From positions 708 to 64,707 of the forward strand of contig JBMOMS010000173.1 in assembly GCA_049324895.1 (NCBI GenBank): a stretch of DNA of 64,000 bases, read 5' to 3'. Below, in pieces: positions 39,056-47,200 of the stretch; the stretch's first letter is position 1; each line of letters opens with the position of its first letter. A program made the translations under genes and the position numbers. Below the pieces are notes generated by a model. That model ran no database searches and was not told the origin of the DNA. It saw only the letters and a program-made list of their open reading frames with translations. Origin of the DNA: Chloroflexota bacterium. Its GTDB lineage: Bacteria; Chloroflexota; Anaerolineae; Anaerolineales; Villigracilaceae.

Positions 39056-39388
39056 TCAAGATCGAATAATCGAAATGATTTTGTTGACTACTTCATCCAT
39101 TCTGGATGGATTCAAAGTACCTGCCTTATACAGAATAATTCGTGTATCGGCGGTAAACAGATGATTGGGGCGGATATAGCTTTCCTGCTTCAACGTGCCG
39201 GAGATGAAATCAGCGGTTCGCAGGAAAACCGAATAGTCATCGTTTTTATGCTGGCTGGTGATTTGACATAAAATGACATCCTCGCCACTCAGCGATGCCA
39301 CCACCAGCGCGGGCCGCTTTTTGCTGGTCGTCAGGTCCGAATAAGGGAATGGCACAACAACCACATCCCCTTTTACAAATCTGCCCAT
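39056..39388 (-). CDS. MazF/PemK-family type II toxin endoribonuclease
   Basis: 110 aa (KGDVVVVPFPYSDLTTSKKRPALVV). Overlaps the antitoxin gene. Confidence 0.85.
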   Translation of the reverse strand: MGRFVKGDVVVVPFPYSDLTTSKKRPALVVASLSGEDVILCQITSQHKNDDYSVFLRTADFISGTLKQESYIRPNHLFTADTRIILYKAGTLNPSRMDEVVNKIISIIRS

Positions 39389-39603
39389 GCCGCATCCTCC
39401 TCAGGGGTATCCCAGTCCCGAGCGAGTACGTTTTCCGAGGCCAGCATGGTATCAAGAGCATACGACATGCCCGCCTCACGCAGGGTCACATTGGAAGGTT
39501 CGCGCGTGGAGAGGAAAACAATGAAATCATACACTTCCACGAGTTTATCAGGGGATAGCTTGCGAAGCGATTCATTGATCCGGGAAATTGTGATGGTTTC
39601 CAT
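39373..39603 (-). CDS. DUF2281-like antitoxin
   Basis: 76 aa. The start is set at the ATG at 39603, after AAGGAG. 16-nt overlap with the toxin gene. Confidence 0.7.
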   Translation of the reverse strand: METITISRINESLRKLSPDKLVEVYDFIVFLSTREPSNVTLREAGMSYALDTMLASENVLARDWDTPEEDAAWADL

Positions 39604-39728
39604 TTGTGGTCTCCTTTCTCGCAGCGTGCCTGTCGGTCCCGACACCTGCATTCACATGCTGACGCAAATCTCGAGACCGAAGGCGTATCTGTTTCAGTTA
39701 TACCAGTGAGACAGCCCAGCGTCCACGG

Positions 39729-40979
39729 TCATTTCTTCCACTTCTTCATCGGCAGCACAAAATCATACGGATAATCGGCCAGCATTTCCATGCGGCCGTC
39801 GGGACGCACCCAGAAGGTATCCTCGATGCGGAAGCCCATGCCTTTTTCGGGATAATACAACCCAGGCTCGGAAGTGACCACCACACCAGGCGACAGGCGA
39901 TGATCGTCGCCCGTCATTAGTCCGCTGAACGGGCGCTCGTGGATGTTGAGTCCCACGCCGTGGCCCAGGCTGTGGACGTAGCCCTCGGTGGGCGCGGGAG
40001 TATTCAACTGCGACTTGTGTCCCTTGGACTCGAAATACTCGCAAGTCATGCGCTGGTATTGTTTGAAGGGCACATTCAGGTCGAAGTCCTCCCACAGCTT
40101 GTTGAATATCTCCCTGACCTGGTCGTACAGTTCCTGCGCCTCGGGCGTGGCGTAGCCCAGGCTCCACGTGCGGGTGAAGTCATAGAAGTAACCGCCGCCC
40201 GCTTCGGCGGGATAGATGTCGTATACAATGGTCTGGCCCAGGCGCATCAGATCCTCGGGGTTGCCGGTCGAGTGCGGCACGCCCGCATCGCGGCCAATCG
40301 CGAAGATGAAGCCCTCGGGCAGTTCCGCGCCGCGCTCGGCCACCCACAGGCGAATCTTACTCTTGACCTCGCCCAACTTGAGCGGCTGGCCGTTCTCGTT
40401 GAGCAGCACCTCGTCTTCGCGCACCTCACAGGAGGTAAGAAATTCAGCCGTCAGGCGCACCACCTCGGTGGTGATGCGGCCCATGTTGCGGATGCGCTCC
40501 ACCTCGGCCTCTTCCTTCGTCTCCATCGCGCGGATGAAGACCGAGTCCATGCCATGCTCGCCGACCAGTTCCAGGTCGGGGGCGATGCGCTGGAGTTGGG
40601 CCAGGGTGGCGAAGGCGCTGCCCAGTTCGACGTGGCCGTACAGGCCCACTCGCCCCGTGGTCACGCCCAGGTCGGCCAGCATCCTCTGCGTGGCGAGCGC
40701 ACCCGCCAGGGAAGGATTCCCGCCTGCCTCCTTGATCAATTCCTGGAAGGGATATTGGCTCATCGAACGGATGGGCAGGCCCGTTTTGGCGGCTTCGTCG
40801 CGTTCCATGTTGTTGCAGAACAGGACGGGCGTCTCACCGCGTTTCTTGATGAGCACCGCGCCGCTGACATGTCCGCCGCCCGTCAGGTAATACATGGGCG
40901 GGTTGTGCTCGGCGCTGCCCAGCACAAGCAGGGCATCCAGGTTGCGGTCTTGCATAAGGGCATCGAGGTCAGATTTCAT
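39729..40979 (-). CDS. M24-family Xaa-Pro aminopeptidase
   Basis: 416 aa with metal-ligand contexts (HSLGHGVGLNIHE, EPGLY, RIED). Confidence 0.85.
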   Translation of the reverse strand: MKSDLDALMQDRNLDALLVLGSAEHNPPMYYLTGGGHVSGAVLIKKRGETPVLFCNNMERDEAAKTGLPIRSMSQYPFQELIKEAGGNPSLAGALATQRMLADLGVTTGRVGLYGHVELGSAFATLAQLQRIAPDLELVGEHGMDSVFIRAMETKEEAEVERIRNMGRITTEVVRLTAEFLTSCEVREDEVLLNENGQPLKLGEVKSKIRLWVAERGAELPEGFIFAIGRDAGVPHSTGNPEDLMRLGQTIVYDIYPAEAGGGYFYDFTRTWSLGYATPEAQELYDQVREIFNKLWEDFDLNVPFKQYQRMTCEYFESKGHKSQLNTPAPTEGYVHSLGHGVGLNIHERPFSGLMTGDDHRLSPGVVVTSEPGLYYPEKGMGFRIEDTFWVRPDGRMEMLADYPYDFVLPMKKWKK

Positions 40980-40996
40980 GGTTTCTCCTGAATTTT

Positions 40997-41507
40997 TTAA
41001 CGCGAATGACTCAAATAAGCGAATAAGTTCAAAAGGCTATTTTGGTTGGAGGATGCGAGGCACACGGCTGGACGGTTTCCAAGGGGTATTGACCACACGG
41101 CTATACTCAACTCGCGAAGCGCCAAAATTAATAACAATTGCCAATTGAAGGCCCGTCGCTTTCAAATACGATAAAGCCTGTTGCTCGTGGATTGGTGCAA
41201 TTGCTGCGACGGCTTTATATTCCAAAATCACTTTTCGATTAACAACACCGTCCAGCACATGTTGGCCAATCACCCTGTTCTTGAATTTTACCGGGATTCT
41301 TTTTTGTCTTTCAAGCTCCATTCCATCCAGCACAAGCTGGATCGCCATCGCTTCATCGTAAATTGCCTCAAGAAATCCTGGTCCAAGCTGGTTGTGTACC
41401 TCGAATACCGATTTCATGATGCGATACGACAACTCTTTTTCGATAATCTCACTTTCCATATCTGACCTCCATTCAAGACAATCGAAAATTCGAGCCATTC
41501 GCGTTAG
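40997..41507. mobile_element. About 510-bp cassette bounded by perfect 11-bp inverted repeats TAACGCGAATG/CATTCGCGTTA, carrying the GxxExxY gene
   Basis: IRs at 40997-41008 and 41496-41507. The interior is AT-richer. An empty element with the same ends is at 35348-35436. Confidence 0.5.
41037..41459 (-). CDS. GxxExxY-family (PD-(D/E)XK-like) protein
   Basis: 140 aa (GPGFLEAIYDEAM...ILEYKAV). The start is set at the ATG at 41459, after GGAGG. Confidence 0.8.
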   Translation of the reverse strand: MESEIIEKELSYRIMKSVFEVHNQLGPGFLEAIYDEAMAIQLVLDGMELERQKRIPVKFKNRVIGQHVLDGVVNRKVILEYKAVAAIAPIHEQQALSYLKATGLQLAIVINFGASRVEYSRVVNTPWKPSSRVPRILQPK

Positions 41508-42862
41508 GATCTCAGCGCATTCTTCAACCCGACCAGCAGCGCGCCCTCCTGTTCGGGCAGGACGGTGCGCGGGTCGAACAGCACGCGGTCATCCTCAGTG
41601 CGGGCGATGATGGGCGGATGCTGCATTCGCAGGCGCTTCAAAAATTTATCGGGTGATTGGACCTCCAGCGCCAGCGCGCGGGTCGGGAAGGCTTCGCCCG
41701 GCAGGCTGCCGCCGCCGACGGTGGATTCCGCTTCGACGACGCTGCCCCGCCCCAGCTCCAGCCGCCAGGCCTCGGCCCGCCCCCCGACCTGTTCCAGCGT
41801 GGACGACATCATGCGCCAGATGGGAATCTCGCGTTCCGCCTCATCCTTGAGGTAATGCAGCAGCGTGGCCGTCAGCCCCGCCAGGCAGGTCTTGTCGGCG
41901 CGGACGGCGCGCGCCAGCGGATGCTTTTTGATCTTGGCGATCAAATCCGCGCGGCCCAGGATGATGCCCGCCTGGGGTCCGCCCAGCAGTTTGTCGCCCG
42001 AGAAGCACAGCAGGTCGACGCCCGCGGCCAGGGACTCCTGCACCGTCGGTTCGTGGACGATGCCGAAGCGGGCCGTGTCGAGCAGGGCGCCCGAACCGAG
42101 ATCGTCCACCACGGGCACGCCGTGAGCGTGTGCGGCGGCGGCCACCTCGGCCAGGCCAGGCTCATCGGTGAACCCGACCAGTTTGAAATTGGAGCGATGC
42201 GCGCGCATGACCAGCGCGGTCGGCTCGGCCAGGGCGGTTTCATAATCGTTCAGGTTGACGCGGTTGGTGGCCCCGATCTCGACCAGTTTCGCGCCCGATT
42301 GCTTCATCACGTCGGGCACGCGGAAACCGCCGCCGATCTCGACCAGTTGGGTGCGCGAGATGATGGCGCGTTTGCGGTTGGCCAGCGCAGCCAGCACCAG
42401 CATGACTGCCGAGGCGTTGTTGTTGACCACCACCGCAGCTTCGGCGCCCGTCAGCTTTTGCAGGATGGCCTCCGCGTGGATCAGCCGCGAGCCGCGCGCG
42501 CCTTTGACCAAATCATATTCGAGGGTGGAATAGCCGCGCGAGACCGCGTCCATGGCGCGGATGGCCGCGTCGCTCAACGGGGCGCGTCCCAGGTTGGTGT
42601 GCAGGATCACTCCCGTGGCGTTGATGACGGGCAGCAGGCTGGGCGCCGTCCAGGCGGAGAGGCGGGAAGCGGCCGCAGAAAGGATATCCTCTGTCGAAGG
42701 CAGGGCCAGTCCAGGCTCCGCCTTGAAGCGGGCGCGGACCGCATCCAATTCGGCGCGGAAGGCATCCAACGTCAACGGGCGCCCATAGGCGGCAATCCAC
42801 TGCGCGGCGGCGCGGGTTTGCAGCAGGCTTTCGACCGAGGGCAGGTTACGCAGGCTGGTCAT
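41504..42862 (-). CDS. selA: L-seryl-tRNA(Sec) selenium transferase
   Basis: SelA-like N-terminus (LRNLPSVESLL) and PLP domain. The start is uncertain: the ATG at 42862 or at 42898. Both overlap the upstream ORF. Confidence 0.85.
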   Translation of the reverse strand: MTSLRNLPSVESLLQTRAAAQWIAAYGRPLTLDAFRAELDAVRARFKAEPGLALPSTEDILSAAASRLSAWTAPSLLPVINATGVILHTNLGRAPLSDAAIRAMDAVSRGYSTLEYDLVKGARGSRLIHAEAILQKLTGAEAAVVVNNNASAVMLVLAALANRKRAIISRTQLVEIGGGFRVPDVMKQSGAKLVEIGATNRVNLNDYETALAEPTALVMRAHRSNFKLVGFTDEPGLAEVAAAAHAHGVPVVDDLGSGALLDTARFGIVHEPTVQESLAAGVDLLCFSGDKLLGGPQAGIILGRADLIAKIKKHPLARAVRADKTCLAGLTATLLHYLKDEAEREIPIWRMMSSTLEQVGGRAEAWRLELGRGSVVEAESTVGGGSLPGEAFPTRALALEVQSPDKFLKRLRMQHPPIIARTEDDRVLFDPRTVLPEQEGALLVGLKNALRS

Positions 42863-43259
42863 CGTTTGAGGCAGGGGGCTTCCAGCGCGATTTCTCACGC
42901 AGGCGGATGAGGTATTCGATGGCGATCAGGCCGGCCGCCAGGCCCATCCACACGTACAGGCTGACCATGCGGCCAAGTTGCAGCCAGGCCAGGGTCGCGC
43001 CGTACACGCCCACCCACAGGGCCTGGCGCACACTCACGTTCGGCTCGGCGGGCGGCTGGCTGGGGAAGCGGCGGTTGAACAAATAGGTGAACGGCAGGGC
43101 CGTGCCCGTCAGCGCCAGGATCAGCAGCAGGAAGAAGCTCCAGCGCAGCCAGACAAATGGCAGGGTGTAGTTGACCACCAGGTACAGTCCGCCCCATCCG
43201 AAAACCGCCATGAAGGCGGCGGGGATGAGAAAAGCGCGCGGGGAAGGTTGTGCGTCCAT
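42846..43259 (-). CDS. Small 4-TM membrane protein
   Basis: 137 aa. The start is at the ATG at 43259, with TATAAT 7 nt upstream (leaderless arrangement). Confidence 0.6.
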   Translation of the reverse strand: MDAQPSPRAFLIPAAFMAVFGWGGLYLVVNYTLPFVWLRWSFFLLLILALTGTALPFTYLFNRRFPSQPPAEPNVSVRQALWVGVYGATLAWLQLGRMVSLYVWMGLAAGLIAIEYLIRLREKSRWKPPASNDDQPA

Positions 43260-43532
43260 TGCATGAATTATACCCTCTGCCGCAGGCGGGGTGCGGGTTT
43301 GGCTGGTCACCGGGGAGGACGGCTGCACTATAATGGAAAAAAATGGGTCTCCCATACTTAACGGGAAACCTTTTTCAGGTGGTGGTAATTTGATAAGTGA
43401 CGTGGCGCGGAATACCCTACGGGTACGATGTGGCATTCCGCGTACCCGTGATTTGGCGGGATACCATCCCGCCCCACGGAAATCATCACTTCGTTTTTGC
43501 CACTACCAAAAAAATGAAAGGAAAGAGGAAGC

Positions 43533-44072
43533 ATGAACGTATCCGAAGCCATTCGCACCAAACGCGCTGTGCGCAAATTCGACGACCGGCCCCTGCCCGC
43601 AGAGGCCGTCCGCGCCATCCTCCATGCGGGGCGCAGGTCGCAATCCTCGAAGAATGGACAGGCCTGGCAGTTCATCGCCATCCAGGACAAGGCCATCCTG
43701 GCAGAGTTGTCCCAATGCGGCGAGTGGGCGGGACATTTGGCGGGCGCCGCGCTGGCGGTTGCCATCCTGACCCCCGAGCCAACCGAAAAATTCCAAGTCC
43801 TGTTCGACGCGGGACAGGCGGCCGCCTTCATGCAGCTGGCCGCCTGGGAACTGGGCATCGGCTCCTGCCCCGCTTCACTTTACGACTTCGAGCGCTCCCG
43901 TCAAATCCTGGGTTTCCCCGCCGAGTGGCACCTGCGCATCGCGCTCTCCTTCGGCTATCCCGCCGACGAAGCAAAACTTTCCGCGCCGCCGCAGAAGGGC
44001 GGGCGCAGGGAACTGGAGGAGGTGGTCCATTGGGAGAAGTGGACGCATAAGCAGGACAGGTTTGCAAAATAG
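43533..44072 (+). CDS. Nitroreductase-family protein
   Basis: 179 aa (AIRTKRAVRKF, SSKNGQAWQF). Confidence 0.85.
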   Translation: MNVSEAIRTKRAVRKFDDRPLPAEAVRAILHAGRRSQSSKNGQAWQFIAIQDKAILAELSQCGEWAGHLAGAALAVAILTPEPTEKFQVLFDAGQAAAFMQLAAWELGIGSCPASLYDFERSRQILGFPAEWHLRIALSFGYPADEAKLSAPPQKGGRRELEEVVHWEKWTHKQDRFAK

Positions 44073-44250
44073 CAAATTGTTTTTGGGAACCCCCATTCAC
44101 GTCAAAAATTTGCGCTATAATGGCGCACAACATGGTCGGATATGTGAATACATTCACGAAAAAAGGGTGTGTGTTTGCAATTGAGCCATATCCTAATTTG
44201 TAGCATGCAGGATGGACAAGTCCTACATCTAACCGAGGAGCACGAGTAGA

Positions 44251-47200
44251 ATGCCATCGTTCGATGATGCCAATAGGCGGATATTTATTGTGTTGGGTAT
44301 GCACAGAAGCGGGACCAGCGCCATCACAAGAAGTTTGCGGGTCCTGGGTGTGGAACTTGGGGATCATCTCATCCCCCCCATGGAAGGCAACAATCCGACC
44401 GGCTTTTGGGAGGATGCAGATATCAACCGCCTCAACATCGAAATGCTGGCTTTCCTCCAGAGGGACTGGTATTTCCTGGCCCCCATCCAGGCGCGGGAGT
44501 TCGAAGCCTTGCGCGAAAATGGGTTCTTCCTGCGCGCGGCGGAAATACTGCGCAGAAAAACAAATGGCGTTCGTTCCTTTGGCCTCAAAGACCCGCGCAT
44601 TTCGATATTGCTTCCTTTCTGGAAGGAAGTTTTTGCAGCGTGCGAGTTGCAGGCCAGCTACATCCTGTCGGTTCGGCACCCGCTCAGCGTGTGTGAATCG
44701 CTGGCCAAACGCGACGGCTTTGACTTCGAGAGGGGCTATCTGCTGTGGATGAAGTACATGATTGCCAGCCTGGTGCATGTCGTGGGGGAAAACTGCATCG
44801 TGGTGGATTACGACAACCTGATGCGTTCCCCGCACATCGAACTGGACAGAATGTCCAGGAGCCTGGCGCTGGAGATCGACCCACAGGAACTCGCCACCTA
44901 CACAAACGAATTCCTCGACAGGAGCCTGCAGCACACGGTTTATCGACTGAGCGACCTGGAAGTGGACACTCCCCCGCTGGCGCGGGAAATCTACGCGGAA
45001 AGTTTCGAGCTGGCCAATGACCGCGCCAGCCTCCGCGATGCCGCCTTGGCAGACAAACTCACCCGCTGGAGCGGCGAATTTGCACGCCTGCAAGCGCTTC
45101 TGAAGCTGGCCGACAAACTCGAAATGCAGATTCTGGCCGGCAACCAGGCCATGCTGGAAAAAGACCGGGCCTTGAATTCCCTGTATGCCCAGATGCACGA
45201 AAAGGAACAGTATATCCAGGGCCTGCTATCCCAGATCGAAAAATGGGACGCGCAAGCGCAGGTCTTTGTGGGTCAGGTGCAATCGCTGTCTGCGCAACTG
45301 CACGAAAAGGAACAGTCCACACGGAACCTGCTTTCCCAGATCGAAAAATGGGACGCACAGTCGCAGGTCTTCGCAGGCCAGGTGCAATCGCTTTCTGCGC
45401 AGGTGGATGAGAGGAACGGGCAAATCTCCAACCTGCAGCAGGCCGTGATCGAACGGGATGGGCAGGTTTCCCGCCTTAACCAGGAACTGGCGCAAAGCTC
45501 CCAGGCGCTTTCCGCCCGCCTGGCCGACCGGGAACACGCCCTGCAAGACCTTTCAGCCCAATTGACGGACAAAGGACAGAACATTCAATCGCTCTCGACT
45601 CAATTGCTGGAAAAAGAACAAACGGTACAGAGTCTGGCGGTGCAGGCGGCAGAACTGGAACAAAAAATCCAGGCCCTCTCAAAGCAACTGGAAAACAAAA
45701 AGCAGGCTGCCCAAACGCTCAAGGCGCAATTGACGGCGATCCAAACCAGCCGCACGTGGAGGCTGGCCCTGTTCGTCCGCAAAGTACGGACTTCCGTCGC
45801 CCATCCCGGCCAACTCCTTGCCCCGCTGTTAAATTCCATCCGAAAGTCCAGAAGTGCCCAAAAGCAAAGGAATGATGCGCTGCTGGTGAAAAACTCCGGC
45901 CTGTTCGACCCAGCCTGGTACCTATCCCAATATCCCGACATCGCGCAGGCCGGGCTGGATCCCCTCATTCATTATCTCGGCGCGGGCGGATTGGAAGGCC
46001 GCGACCCCGGCCCCAACTTCAGCAGCGCCCTGTACCTTCAGGCCTACCCCGATATCCAAAAAGCAAAAAAGAACCCGCTGGTTCATTACCTCAACCACGG
46101 CAAACGGGAAGGCCGGCTGGCGCACCCGTCCCTGGCGGCCGCAAACCCAACGGCGGCGAACCCGCAACCCCAAAACAATGAACCCAACCCAAGGCCGCTG
46201 GACCCACAAACCGATAAGGACCGGTTCGATGCGACGTGGTACCTGGCCTTTTATCCCGATATTGCCGCAGCCGGGGTGGATCCCTACCAGCATTATCTTC
46301 AACACGGGAAATCTGAAGGCCGCCTGGGGTATCAGCCGGATCTGGTCCTTCAGCCGGGCCTGGCCGGCTTCGATCCGTCCAAGGAAAACGTACTCGTTGT
46401 CAGCCACGACGCTTCCCGCACCGGGGCGCCCATCCTGAGCTTGAACATCGTCCAAAACCTGCAACAACAATACAATGTGGTTTCCCTGCTGCTGGGAGAA
46501 GGATCGATTGCTGAAAATTTCCTGGCCGCATCGGCGTTCATGGTGGATGCAGGCCTTGCGAGGGGCAGTTACCTGTTGGCCGAGGTCATGATCGAACAAT
46601 TAACGAAAACTCACGATCTCAAATTTGCCATCGTCAACAGCATCGAATCCCGCGCCGTGATTCCCGCCCTGGCAAAACGCCATGTTCCAGTGGTGCATTT
46701 AATTCACGAATTTGCAGCCTACACCCGGCCGAAAGACGCTTTCCGCGAGGCCTTGTTTTGGTCTCATGCAGCCATTTTTTCAGCCTCCGTCACGCACAAA
46801 AATGCCGTTTCCGAATACCCCGAATTGGATAGCCAGCCGGTCCACATCATTCCACAAGGGCTGTGCGTCATTCCAAGCGCCAAAAACGACGCGGCGACCG
46901 AAACAGCAGAGGAGGCCAGAATTCTTGGCGTGCTCCGCCCGGATGGGGTGCCCGCCGGCGAGATTGTCGTCCTGGGCGTTGGAACGGTGAGCCTGAGAAA
47001 AGGCGTGGATTTGTTCATCGACTGCGCCTCCAGGATCGTCCAGTCTGCGGCAGGCAGGCGGTTTCGCTTCGTCTGGATCGGCAGTGGGTACGACCCAATA
47101 CAGGATGTCGGCTATTCAGTCTACCTGTACGATCAAATCCAGCGCGCGGGTTTGCAGGAACACCTCTTTTTCATGAAAGAGACCTCGAACATCAAAGCAG

